Shown: positions 49,813 to 62,900 of the stretch, piece after piece
Layout: every line of letters begins with the position of its first letter
How positions within the stretch are numbered: the stretch's first letter is position 1
Assembly: GCF_036971445.1 (NCBI RefSeq)
Contig: NC_091481.1
Location: 65,410,001-65,474,000 of the forward strand
Length of the DNA: 64,000 nucleotides
DNA from: Narcine bancroftii
Lineage: Eukaryota
Direction of reading: 5' to 3'
The notes under the pieces: model-generated
What the model was told of the DNA's origin: nothing
The model's database searches: none
Seen by the model: the letters and a program-made list of their open reading frames with translations, nothing else
Made by a program: the position numbers and the translations under genes

Positions 49813-50791
49813 CTATAGTGGAGCAAGCAAAGGAAGAGTAAACAGACACAAGCCAACTGTAACCAGGCTTCACAAATTCCATGGCACAGATCTTATAAAA
49901 TACAAGAGGGAAAACACCATAAGAATGAAAAATATCAAGCTAATTTAATGCAAACCAGACTAAATAGCAACCACTTTTATTCTCACTAAATGATGTTAGT
50001 GCACTTTCTGAATTGGTCTGTGAACAAATGCACAGAATTTGGCAACTTAAAAAGAGTGAACTTGTCCTCCCTGGTACACAAAATACACAGGGAAGTAAAC
50101 CTCTAAAAACCTCAAGGTAGGAAATGCATCAACTTCATGATACATCTTCACGGCCCTTCAGCTTTGTCCAGAACTGTTTGTTTAGCCAATAGTGGTGATG
50201 CAACCATTTTGAAAACAAAATATTTAATCAAAATTGATTCCAGAAAAGAGCACCATCACCATCTAGCTTCATTTCGTTAGCATTCGGAGCATGTTAATTT
50301 GAGAGGAAAATAAATCCCGACTTCCTTCCCCATTAGCTGCAATAACAAAGTCCAGTGTGCAGTGTAGTCGGACCTTGAAGAGGCAGTAACCACCATTTTA
50401 AATCATGCAAGCTCTGAACCTACTCACTTCTAAAGTCCTCTCTTTTTAACAGCAAGGGTGGAATGATGCAAACCACAAGACATTGGAGCAGAGATAGGCT
50501 ATTCAGCCCATCAAATATGCCCTGCCATTTAATCAGGAGCGCATCTATTTTCCTACTCAGCCCCACTGGCCAGCCTTCTCCTCATAACCTTTGATGCCCT
50601 GGCTAATCAGGAACATCAATCACCACGTTAAATACACCAAAGGCTTCAACTGTCAATCATTACAGCTATATAGGTAACTGCCACTGACAAACTATCCTCT
50701 GACACTTCCCTCTATACTAATCCTTCTAGGCAAGACTACTTTGATATCGGAGTTGAGTAACCATTTATGTTCTTCTGTGACATTCCTTTAA

Positions 50792-50931
50792 CCTTTTGGA
50801 CTCCTGCCATTTTTAACCTTTCATAATATATACTCCGGACTGGGTTTATGGGTAAACTACAGTACGAATACCAGTACAAACCAGCTAGTGCTTGGGTATA
50901 AAACCAGTCCCGGAAAACAGGGTCCAAATGG
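50792..50931. mobile_element. piggyBac-like MITE
   Basis: TTAA|CCTTTTGGAC...GTCCAAATGG|TTAT (TIRs plus a TTAA-type target site). Confidence 0.65.
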
Positions 50932-52873
50932 TTATCATTCCTTCATACCCCTTTGCAAAAAAAAAAAATCAAACTACTAAGGTAAAATCTATGCCACAAC
51001 AGTTCAAAATTCAATGGTTGTACTGACATCAATTCTTACATCTTCAATGTTCTGGCGATCATTACTGACCAGACTCAAGCGGATAAGCCTTGACAGTACT
51101 GTGGATTTAGTAACAGGCCGGAAACTTGGGACTAACTGTTTCACCACACGACACGCCTTTTCACCATCTACATTACATAAACTAGAAGCACAATGGAACC
51201 CTCAGAACAAAACAACTGATGCACTGACATCCCATCAACCTTAATGACGATTTCCTTCAAGCCAACACAGTGTATGCCATCTATGAACATGGTGCATTAC
51301 TCACCAAAATTATTCAGACAGCATCTGCAAAACCCACAACCTCCATCATCAAGAGGGAGGAAGGCAGGTTCTATTTTGTGCAAAATCTTTCCTCTGAATA
51401 AAATAGATATTAGAAGACTGACAAACAAATGAAAGATCAATATTTCCATACAGGCAAGAATTCAGATTCTGATCACTATTTTGTCGCTCACACTAGGAAC
51501 CCAAGAACTTCAATTTTAGACTGTAAATAAATTATCCTACAAGCTCGGTCTCCTTGCTCTATTCTTAAAGAATTGTTACCACCATTAATTCATCACCAAG
51601 GCCTCAGTAGGAAGAACAATTTCCAACCGAAAATTCCAAAATGCACGATAGTAAGCTTGGATTTATGTAGAAACATTAACGTCTTTCAAGACCATTACTC
51701 CTGTTACTTGTGCACAGAATGCCAAAATGAGCATAATTATCATCAAGCCTGTTAAATTGTTTTTCCGACCCTCAAAACAGGATTAAGTTTCTGCTCCTCT
51801 CTCTACCCCTAAACACCTCCCCCAATGGTCATTTCCTCATCAAGGTCATTTCACCATGACTACAAGCACCTGGAAGCATAAACATTACACACACTCAACT
51901 GGTTTGAAATGGCAGCAAGGACATCTCCCGCAACAACCACCTCCAACACCAAGGTCAGATGGCCTTTACCGACGGCTGGGTCAATCTCTAACACAATATT
52001 ACACCCAAGCTTTTAAATAATTACTGGAAGCACGTCATCTACACCATGGCAAAATAATTAAATTACTTTTAAGAAAAATTAACTTGTTTGGATGAAAATG
52101 TTGTACTGTGCCTCAGCACTGAAAGCAACTCAATAAATTCTTGATTTGGGCTACAATGCCCTTCCATCTGAAGGACTCATTCTTAAATAAAAAATTGCAA
52201 CCTGCGAAGTCTGGATTGTGAAGGTAGGTGCTGACCAATTAATCAAGGAACAAAGTGCCCAAACACCCATTTAGAAGACTGTCAAAAATACCTGGTGGCC
52301 ACTGAATTCAAGCACAAGAGCTTCCAAATGCACCTCTATTCTACAGGTTACTGTGGTAGGTCTTATGAAGGCTGCACACAAACATATCCTCATGTCCTGT
52401 AATCAGATCCATTGTTTGACACTTTCCTACGGCAGTAAATAATTAAATATCTATGCTCTCGAAAGATCCCCATTTTCCTAAACACCAAAGAATAAGATCT
52501 AACAATCTTCCAGATTGCCTCAGAAGCTAGGAGATAAGAGGACCAAAATCGACATAGATTTAGTAGATCAAGCAAGTGGAGCTAATGTCAAGATTAATCA
52601 ACTATAATATTTGCTTTGAGCTCAAATACCAATCTCTCAACTAAAATGATCCTCTTGTTAGTCAGAAGGGAGAGAAAATCAAAAATATCACAAAGAAACT
52701 AACATGGAGTCTTTCCTTCTCTAGGATGAAAATTGGAATAATTTAATCACTTGAAAATATTTCCTTTCTGTCTTTTCATGGGAAGAAGAACAGAAGACTT
52801 CTAGCTAAATAATCCAGTATTACATTTATTAGATTTGTCTGGAGCACTCAAAAACCGATACCAGATAACAGTC

Positions 52874-53748
52874 CTGTATTTTTACACATATAATGCAAAC
52901 CCCCCCCCCCGTGTTATCTGCCTGTGCACCCAATACAAGAATATTTTTTACACGTTGAAAAAATGCACACAATAGGGGGCATGGGAAAGTCAAACCGGCA
53001 ATTTATAGTGGGCATGGGAGTACAATTGTGGTATTGAAAGAACACACACAATTTATAGCGGCCATGGGAAAGACATGCCAGCAATTTACAGCGAGCGTGG
53101 AAATATTAAAGTGAGTGTGAGAATATAATAGCGGCAGTGAAAGAATGCACAATTGACAGTGGCTGTGGGAAAGACGCAATTTATAGCAAGCATGGGAATA
53201 TTATAGCAAGCATGAGAATGTAATAGCGGCAATGAAAGAACACGCACAATTTATAGTGGGTGTGGCAAATTTTGAATTTGGGATTATCTCTTTATTGAAT
53301 GCCATGGTATTCCTATAAACAAGACATTCTGGCTAAGGCACTGCTCCTTATCAATATCAATTGCCCAGACACATCCGGAAGGAGGAGATTAACATATCAA
53401 GTGCCTCAGATTTGAGACAACATTAGAATTTAAATCCTAATTAACTCTGAAGCCTGTCTTCGATCTATTTAATTAATTCCTCTCCAAAACTTAATATGTT
53501 GCAGCGGGATATCATCTATATAATGGGCGATTGATACCTCTGGGGCAAGTTAATCGTGTGTTAATTGCAGCAGATACTGGTATGTGGTTTGTCTCGTGTC
53601 CCATTTAAATGCTTTTGCCAATCGGAATTTAGAATACTACACCTGTGCAGTATATATGTGTGTGTGAGCTTATATGAATATATTTTTACACAATTTATGA
53701 ATTGCTGAGGGTTATATACATGTGCGCGTTATATGAGTGAAAATACGG
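52874..53748. mobile_element. Tc1/mariner (Tc2/Tigger-like) non-autonomous element with internal minisatellite (52965-53265)
   Basis: TIRs ctgtatttttacacatataatgc / gcgttatatgagtgaaaatacgg|TA; internal repeats of caatttatagcggccatgggaaag. Confidence 0.65.
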
Positions 53749-53814
53749 TAATCGACCAAGGAGCTCCACAGAATAAATCTCTAGATTTACCTTTGTGATG
53801 GTTTTGAAACTTGC

Positions 53815-54028
53815 ACATGGTTCCATTACTGTCACATAATACTACATTTAGACTGTAACACACATGAAATCCTTTAACTTGTGTCTACCATAAGGAAGGC
53901 AGAGTGTTTCCACTTTGACAAGTACCCCTCACAGAAACCTACGGCACCTGGAGTTCCTACGTGTACTGACCAGGTCTGAATCTGCTTAGCTTCAGAGATC
54001 AATCTCAGGCATGGTTTGACCTTATGCC
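53815..54028 (-). mobile_element. 5S rRNA-derived SINE (SINE3-like) or 5S pseudogene with appended tail
   Basis: The - strand gatctctgaagctaagcagattcagacctggtcagtac...gaactccaggtgccgtaggttt matches 5S rRNA (A box, intermediate element, 3' end), followed by about 120 nt of non-5S tail. Confidence 0.75.
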
Positions 54029-54381
54029 TAAATACAAATCATACTCATTGGAGGCTCGTTTAAAAATTTGAAAACAAAACTGGGAACACAACGTAGGTCC
54101 ACCTGCATTCAACAGCACTACGTCAAGTGCACAGCCTGCTTAAGAACCCAGTGCACTTTTAACGTTTTGCTTTCCTTAAGAGGACATTCAATAGATCTAG
54201 CACACACTCAACAGGAGCAGCAATTGATTCACATTCCAGAATTTGCAGGCATCAATCCAATAGAAGTGTCAAAGAGCCAAGAGTGGAAGGGGCTGAAAAG
54301 ACTACAAGGGATGGGAAGGCGGAGGAGGAAAACACAAAAGTGAATTCTCGATTTAAAATGTAAAAGGCAGATATAACTTAC

Positions 54382-54950
54382 GAGAACGGCCAACATTATA
54401 GCAAATCAACAGCCATCTGCAGGGCATGTCGTGTGACGATGGTGGTGGGGAGGTTAAAAAAAAGGGCCCTGACCATCTGGATTCATGCACGATGTAAAGT
54501 GTAGAATTAAATAAAAAATGGTATTAATTTATCTGCTGTGTATTGGCACGAAGACCAATCGAAGCAGCCCCTTTTAGAGTGCGTTGGTACCAGTTTACTG
54601 CCGATGCAGGCCTTGGGTTTGCAAAGGCTGGCGGACAACCACACCCCACTGATGGATCGAGAGGATTTCAGATGGTTATTTTTTCCCCCGTTGGCTGTTT
54701 GGTCGTTATGGCCGCCGGCAGAAACAGTAGAGAAGGGATGGTTGTTTATAAACAACGTGCTGGGGTACGCAGGAAAAGACCCAAACTTGTCGGTCCAGCG
54801 GCTGGCCATTCGGTTGCACACACTCACAGATACACGTGAATGCTGGACATTTGAAGTGTGAGGCGTTCGTTTAGATTGGGACGCGCTGATCCCCTGATGT
54901 AGACACAACCAGTTGATTGGCTAATGTAGACTCGGAGAAGTGGACGTTCT
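54382..54950 (-). other. SRSF3: SRSF3 poison (NMD-coupled) cassette exon, a conserved element
   Basis: Acceptor ccccatttcAG at 54952-54951 and strong donor |GTAAGT at 54381-54376. CTCCGAGTCTACATTAGCCAATCAACT...GATCAGCGCGTCCCAATC resembles the human poison exon as recalled. In-frame TGA at 54826-54824. The 3' boundary is less certain than the 5' boundary. Confidence 0.75.
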
Positions 54951-57900
54951 CTGAAATGGGGCAGGGGGTGAGTGCGTGGGTTTCAACTGCACATTTCATC
55001 AAAAGAAAAAAAAATGCACAGAAACACCAGTTACTATCTAACCAATCACGATGCATTTTCATTTAACTTAACTTTTCAATATACACATACACACCGACCG
55101 GTATTAGATTTAAAACTTCATCCAACATTGAATATATAAAGAGCAAAGAAAATATTTTTTTCATTTTTTTTTAAAGCGGTTCAGCAGTCGAGTCGAAATA
55201 TTCGGTCTTTTTCTGAATCTGTAAACAAATCTCTAAACATTATCCCACTCCAATATAAAACTTCAGGCGTCGACATTATACCCGCGTTGCTGTGCATTAT
55301 TTTGGACAGTCACAAACCCAAGCAAGCGAACCTTGTGCATTTAAAACAGATTAAACCATTTTAACTTTTATTTTCAAATAGCCACATGTCATTAGGTCAA
55401 ACTCCTGGAACTCTCCTAGCAGCATTGTGGGTAAACCCTCACCTCAGAGACTGCAAGAAGACAGCTCCCCGCCACCTTCTCAAGGGTATTAGGGACAGGT
55501 AATTAAAAGTTGGAACCTATGAAGCCCACATCCCTTGAATTAAAATAAAAATGGAAAATTCAGAGGAAGTAGGAAATCTATCAAAAACAGCCTTAATTCA
55601 GAACCAATAAATCAAGTAACTAACAAGGTTAAATCTAATCCTCAAAGACCTTGTCAGGACTGATAGGAAAACAGCTCAAGGCATAAAGAAGCTCTGAAAG
55701 CTAACCTATTCCATTCTTATACCAAACCCAACATTTAGTACCTGATCTGAAACAATTTAAGTAGCCATCGTTTTTTTTTTGGAGGGGGAAAAAGGAGAGA
55801 AGAGAGGAATTGTTTAATCAGCCTCACATATTCCAAACAATGAAAGCAAGTCTCATGGGCTCATTTACTATCCAGAAACCACTTCTGAAGGGATAGCCAG
55901 GTGCACAGCCATAAGTGCATATGTTTTGAAGACAGAAGAATTGGCCTGTGATCCCTACAATTCCATTTGTGAGTGGCCACTAAGGAAGTTCTCATTTGGG
56001 ATTCTAGTTTTTAAAACATGAAGTTCCCAACATTTATTTTTTAAATGTACTAGGCAGTAAGGGCTAAGATCTGGAAGATTTTGCCATTGGTTAAAAGGGA
56101 GAGATTGGGGGGATAGAGAGAGGAGAGAAAGAAAACAAGAAATAACTTCTATACAGGAAGGATGGAGAATTTTTGAACATATTACAGACAAGAGGATATG
56201 CCAAACATCTCTTTAGCATCACCTTGAGAAGGGTGGTGGGTGGCAGTGACTTGCTTTTAACTGCAAACCAATATGTACAATTAATTGAAATAAAAAGCCA
56301 CATTTTAACAGACAGTGCAACTAGAATAAATTGGAATTATGATTTTTGAACCCAACCCAAAACGTGGAGTTATCCATGGATGCTGCCTGACTCGTTGAGT
56401 CCCTCCAGCTTCTCTTTGTTCCCTCAGGTTCCAGTCAACAATTTTTGTGTTTCTTTATGATTTTTGATGGTTATGATGAAGCCAGGCAACATGGCACAGG
56501 GAAAAGAATGAACAATTCAATTATCTTTCAGAGACCTGCATTCTCATGAAAAGCCATCAACCTTAAATGTTGACATGCTCTCTCTCACTCTCTATCTCTA
56601 CAGATGCTGCTCTATTTGCTCAGGACTATCAGATATTCAGCATCTGAATTATTTTCATTTTGAGAATTTACCTTCTGACATCTGTCAGAAAGTCAATTTT
56701 ATGCAGATACACTGGGAGAAGAATTTGTATACGAATAAATCCTTATTTCTTGCAGACTTTTTTTCTTCTTTAGGGTAGTTTCCTATCACAGTCTTGGAAT
56801 ATGCTTTCTTCTTGAGTCAGAAGTCACTAAATGTTTTGGCAATGTGACTTGACATATTTGATCTTCTCCTCACATGTTCTTGACACACGTCCAGATGAAG
56901 TTCACCAAATACCCAACAGGAACAGAGGACAACCAAGCTATTTTCCCAATTATTTTTAAACCATAATGATTATTAGAACAAGCATTGTTAATTTTACTGG
57001 AATCCCTTCATTTCCTTAAATCTGCAGTAAGTTTAACAGTCAATAAGTGTACTGTATACCAAATCATCCGTTTTGGACTAGCAGTGGAGGCATTTATCAA
57101 ACGTCTTATCTATCTTAGTTGTAGTAGAATCAGTGAGGCATGAGTAAATACTGGGAGAACATTATACATTATAAAACACAAGAGAATAACTTCAAGGTAG
57201 TAATTTGTTTCAAGTCCTGATGGCAACTGAGTACCTGACTGTAATTTATTATTCTAACATTTTCTGCCTTGAAATCACTTCACAGAAGCATTATTTATAT
57301 TAAATGAAAACTCAACTCAAGTAATTAAATAATTAAACATAGCTTAATAAAACAGTGCAGTGCTGCTGTGGTAGCAAGACCTTAGCCAAAGTGTTAAAAG
57401 ATCTGGAAGAAATTTACAAGATCTTTAGATACTTTAATGTGAGAACTCCTTTACTGCACTTCCTAAATATCCTTTACTGTAAAAGGTTCTCAAGAGCATC
57501 TACTTCAATCCAGATATTATCTGGGTGAGGAAGTAGCCAACTAAATCTTTGGTTTTAAAAGGGTATGCTATCCTGAATACACTCTTTTTGTTCAACCTAG
57601 ATTCAACTCTGGTGCAGAACAGCATCTCCACTCCGCAAACAATTGTAATTTTGCTATAGTTTAGATTCTATCTGGATTTCAAAATCAATTCAAAAGATTT
57701 GATCGGTTTCTTCACTATTTGAGGCAATTTGTACATTTATGGCATGTGATTATGAAATTTAATTAGACTTAATACATTGAATTATCCCATGCACTTAGAT
57801 TAGCTGTCCAATGGGCACCTTGAACCAAACATTTAGAGTTTAAAAGGTACACTGGAGCTGCTATCAACACACTTTTGACAAAGATTGGTAGATTTGATGT

Positions 57901-58338
57901 GGCATAATTGCAGTAGGTGAAATAGAAGAAGGTTACTATGTTCTCAAATCACAACAAAAGGTCTTTTACTAAAAAAGTTGTAAAATTAAAATATTCAAGA
58001 TTCCAAACATTATACTGAAGTCACCATTACTCTTGGCACAATAAAATGAAATCTAAGATCTAAAAGACACACAGAATGCAAGACAAAGACTAACTTACCA
58101 ATAAACTTACATGGAAATACAGATTCAGGATTAGTAATTCCAAAAGATTTAGCTTAATATTTGCTAGGTTTTAGAATACACTAAGGCACCAAACTCAGTC
58201 GGAATATTTAAATGTTTCAATAACCACTAAAGGCCCACTGCAATCTTCTAGATTATGGGCCCCATCCCAACTCTGTTCCAGCTTCACACATGGTTGGAGG
58301 TGAAAAACAACCAACATTAACAATGGATCCACTCTCAC

Positions 58339-58482
58339 CTCGAGTAGCGTCGCCGCTGTGGGCTGCGATGGCGATAATCATCATAACGGGGTCGCCTGGT
58401 CCAGGGAGGTGGTGGGCCACGGTAACGCTTCCTCCTTTCACCAGATGACAGCTCCACTCGGACACGAACGCCACACAAGGTT
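58339..58482 (-). CDS. SRSF3: SRSF3 (SRp20) exon encoding the end of the RRM and the linker
   Basis: tgttgcAG|...AG|GTGAGA, 144 nt, phase 2 to 2. Encodes [47 protein letters not shown] (human as recalled: [35 protein letters not shown]). No zinc knuckle, so not SRSF7. Confidence 0.95.
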
Positions 58483-59110
58483 CTGCAACAGTCGGTAAGA
58501 GGTGACTGTTAGCAGCAATGGAGTACAAAATAATTGAAGGTTTGTGTTTCTCTCGGACAACTGAACCTCAACATGATGCAGCCCTTATTCCCCAAAAACA
58601 ATGACTGGGTGAAACTGGTTCCAAAATTCACGAATGACATCTCAACAGACAGAAATAATATTGTGATGCAACAAGCCAAGCAGGCCAGAGTTCATTGGAG
58701 ACACAAAAGACAGCAAAGGATGGAATCTGGAGCAAAAAGAAATCTGCTGGAATAGGTCAGAAGGTTGAGCAGCATTTATGGAGGCAAAGGGATGATCAAT
58801 ATTTCAGGTTGCAATCTTGCACCTGATTTAAGAGTAAAGGGAGAAGATAGCAAAGGTGAATCAAGAAAGAAAATCACAGGTCAGTTCATTTGATGATCGG
58901 TCTCTTCTCTGCTCACTTCACATGGGCTGGCTACAATAGCAATCATATCTTACCATCATTATGCAGGACTTTAGTAACATCACATCTGGGTTAGTGCAAT
59001 ATTTTGCTTCCCCTACTAAAAAATATACTTGAAGCAAAGATTGAGGAGACTAGTTCATGGGATGACAGTCATCCCATGCTAAGTTAGGCTCTATTCCTTA
59101 GGCTTTAGAA

Positions 59111-59449
59111 CAGGGTGGTCAACCCATGGTAAATGCGCCAAAATGATTAGAAATGGCGCATTGAAGGAAACACTGTTAGTGCAGAGGGTGACACGAGTAG
59201 GAGGAGGTCCATTAGCATAGACGGAGGCCTGATTAGTCTAGACAGATTCAAATTCCTCCCCACCCCCAACTAAAACCAACACACACCTCTTTCTTTTCCG
59301 CTCCGTCCACCCTCCTCCTACTGTTCACTCTCAGCTTATTAAAAGGTTGAAGCCAAATACAACAAGACGACCTCCAAAGCCAGTTCTCACAAGACCTATT
59401 AGTCGCTGTTTATTTTGACGCATGACATGTAAAAGGTTGGCCACCCTTG
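59111..59449. mobile_element. hAT-type MITE inserted in a CR1 remnant
   Basis: TIRs CAGGGTGGTCAACC / GGTTGGCCACCCTTG; imperfect 8-bp TSD ctttagaa / ttttggaa. Confidence 0.6.
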
Positions 59450-62400
59450 TTTTGGAAGAATGAGATAATCAAATCAAAAAATTTTTAATACTTAACTGGA
59501 CTGAAATGGAGAGATATTCCTTTGCTCCCTCCATGAACACTCTTACAGATTTTCATGTTCACAGTAGACCATTCCTCCCATTTTCAGAACACCTGACACA
59601 ACTGAAACCTTTTCTGCTCTCCAGGATATTTTCAGTCTAAGCTGGTTGCATGCCAGAAGTTACTTAAATTTTCCACTCCACCCATTCAGTTCTGCCTACT
59701 TAAATGTTGCAGTATCACTAAGGTGAACACAAATATAATCATTAATCCCAGTAAGAGTGTGCTATTATTTGCTAAACTGAACCTGACTTTACAGGAAGAA
59801 AATGTTAATTTTCTGACACCAACTCATACCTCACTCTGGATCGTGACATTATCAGTGAATGTCAGACCATCATCTGCACGTCATTGGCTGCATCTCTTCT
59901 AGACATTACTTCCACAGCCTCTCAACTAACCCTCCCCCACAAAAATAAAATGTCCTTCCCCCGATACACTCAAGCTGGACTATCCAGACAGCGTCATCAT
60001 TTTAACCCGTTGTTGTCATTCAGAAGTAAATTTCTTCCTAATAGGTGGATATTGGGATGAATTTCTGGTTGAAGGTGCTACCTCAGGTATTGCTAGGGTA
60101 ATGAAATTGAAGTCAAGGGTAGATATTTAGTATCCCTTTTGGAAACTGCCATCGGCTGGCATGACGGTAGCCTAAATGTTACCTGCTATTTATCCATCTA
60201 TGCTCAAATGTTGTTTAGATCTTGCTGCATACAAACTTCATCTAGAAGATGCAAATGCAATTGGGCAATATGGAATCAGTGAACACTCCCATTCCTTGCC
60301 TCATGGTAGAGGTCTACTGACGAAATACAACAAAGAACTGCTGGGAATAAGCATGATTAAGCATTAACTACCACAAGTATCATACTTTGTGTCAGTTATG
60401 GCTCCAACCATTAGAAAGTGCTCCCTTTGATGTCGATTGACTCCAGTTTTACTGGAGCTCTATGGTGCCTAACTATCAAATGGACCCTTAATGTGATGGG
60501 CAGTTACTCTCATGCCACTTGAATTCAGTTCTTCAGTCTATATTTGAACCAAAGCTACAGAAAAAAAAGTCTGGCAAAATTTGACCCGAACAAAATCTAA
60601 AATGGGAGCCCTCTCATCGATGACAATAGTCACTTTGCTTGTGGTTGAGACCATTCTGATGGGTGAGAAATTAATCAGATTGAAGTAGTCCTGCTTTTTG
60701 TGAATTCATTCCCCCCCCCCCCCATCTTACTCATGTCCCCATTCGATGTTCCAATTTAGCACTGTTTCCAGAGTTATTACAGAACAAAGATTGCATTTGT
60801 GCAAACTGCCCCCGTTCTCTATGGATCTAGAATATTCCGTTTGCAGTCATTTTCGCTCATCTTTACAAACTTTTGACTATTCTTTTTTGACAAAGTTACC
60901 CCTTTCATTAAAGGATAAGCACATTTACCCTGCAAGCTCAGTAATTTCCAGAGCTACTCCTGTCAAGGTACAAAAAGTGACAACCAAACCACACAGTACA
61001 ATTCAAACAGACTTTATTCGAATGACACTAGTGGGAATGAGCAGTCGTTAGTGTTGGGGAGACAAGGTTACCTCAGTAAGACTGTTTGGTCTCATTCAAA
61101 GAACAGTCACAGGTCACAATATTTAAGGCATTTTCCTGCATACAAATTGGTTATCATTTCTTTGATCGTATTGTTACAACTTATGTTTTGCATTTTGCAT
61201 ATCCTCTTCCGAAAGATAGGGAAATGGTTTGTTGTCAATCATTTATTCTTATGTACATAATTAAGAGACAGCCTTCTTGTAGACAAAAATCAACAGAAGT
61301 CTGGAAGGGTTGCTCTCAGTACACACCAATATCCATTCTCTGCCTGCCTGATTTCTGGTTTTCAATGAACACATGCAAATGGCTAGTTTCATTCTAATCT
61401 TAAATTATTAAAGTTAACAAAAACTTCTGGGTAGAAACAATGTCAACCAGGGACTGAGTGGCGCAGTCAGTAGGCTGTTTCATGTCGGGCCTCCACCTTG
61501 AGCAGATGGAAAAATGGGAATTTACTTTTCAGACAGCAGCCCTAAAAGGCTGCTCCAGCATCCCATTCATATCGAGGCACCTCACAGTGCCCTCCGGATC
61601 TGACGGAGGTGGAGCAACTGGTGCCGTAGTGCCACCCGTCATAAATACGCGGCAGAGCAATGGCTGTCTTTCCTATCCATAATCTCCCACGCAGCTGAAA
61701 CTGCTCTATGATTCCCAGAACAGTTCCAGTTGCGAGGGGAATTATGGGTAGGGAAGACAGCCATTGCTCTGCCACTTTTTGAGCCACAGAGGGCGGCCCA
61801 GTGAGGCTGTCTCAGCCTGCACCGGCCGCCCCCTGCTGCTCCATCAGTTCCCACAGCTCCCGCCCGCTGTCCCGACGGTCCCTGCTGCCCGATGACCCCC
61901 TCTGCCCCAAGGGCTCCTCGCTGCCCCTGGCTTAGAGGAAGAGGGGTGAGTGGGGAGATGGGTCGCAGGCTGATGGCATCATCAGCCCACCCATAAACAG
62001 CCGCTTAGCACGGCTGAACATTCAGATTGATCAGCAGAGGGCTGAAACCACGGAAATTATCCCTCTCGGAGGGGTTGGAATATGCGCTCGGAGATCGCTT
62101 CCACGCATTCATAAAGGTAGGTGATTATGAATTTTGGAGGAGTTTCTCTGTCTTCACATCTCAACTTTTGGGCTATCTGAAATGTTCTCGTGTTGCTGGA
62201 TGCTTATTGAAGCCTTTGACAATTTACATCGCGACTAACAGGTGTGCTTTTGGGCAGGAAACTGATTTATGAACGAGCTGTCTTTCGACAGCTCGTTGAC
62301 TCTATCGGTAGTTATTTAGCATTATTGTGTTAAAGATATCAGGCAGGCATCAGGATATCTGGATTCTAGGGGTTCTGTAGTAGAGGTGAGAATTGATTCC

Positions 62401-62764
62401 TTTCTGGGAGGTTTGTTAGCTTTAAACATAACCTGTTCTCTGGAAGCTTCTGACTGAGTAAACTTCTGCTGTGTTTTTTAATAAACAATTTTTGTAGCTA
62501 TCTTATAAACACAACTTTCTAAACTCTGTTGTCTAATCTCTGCTTGTAAGAAATGTATATAATTCTCCCAGATTTCCAGCTGATCTCATGGCACCATCCA
62601 TAGCTATGCTTTCAATATTCTTTTCATTTACTTTGTAGAATTATATCATCTTCAGTATTCCCAATTACATTTGGGTACCGGTGGTGACAGTGAGCCACTT
62701 CCCCAAATTGCTGATGGACTTTGATAATGCTCCCACATGGTTTTGGAAATTGGGCAGACTCAAC

Positions 62765-62900
62765 AACTTTATAAAATAAAGCCTGCAGACACTGACTGTA
62801 TTATAATACATAAAAGTGCTGGATAAACTCAGCAGGTCATGCAACATCTATAGGAACACACAGGCATCCAACGTTTGGGACCTGAGCCCTTCATCAAGGC
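62765..62900 (-). mobile_element. Penelope pseudo-LTR
   Basis: gtgctggataaactcagcaggtca...cgtttgggacctgagcccttcatcaagg. Confidence 0.7.

Noticed and set aside
51970-51987. Possible SRSF3 micro-exon (ttag|AGATTGACCCAGCCGTCG|gtaaag)
   Set aside because: It does not encode RS sequence, has an immediate in-frame stop and a weak pyrimidine tract; unsupported without RNA data.
53935-54028. Functional 5S rRNA gene
   Set aside because: It has an internal deletion, a diverged 5' end and an appended tail, and is not in a tandem array.
54507-54908. Stand-alone 98-133 aa ORFs on both strands over the poison exon
   Set aside because: No recognisable protein similarity; better explained by the GC-richer conserved cassette exon.
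54871-55062. ORF beginning MKMHRD, resembling the SRSF3 N-terminus (MHRD)
   Set aside because: There is no RRM sequence after it and it lies in the intron downstream of the RRM-end exon, so the match is coincidental. The true start exon was not found in the window.
61780-61845. CTCF-like motifs or a CpG-island promoter
   Set aside because: The matches are imperfect, and the GC-rich patch appears to lie within a probable DNA-transposon remnant (about 61541-62010) in the SRSF3 intron.
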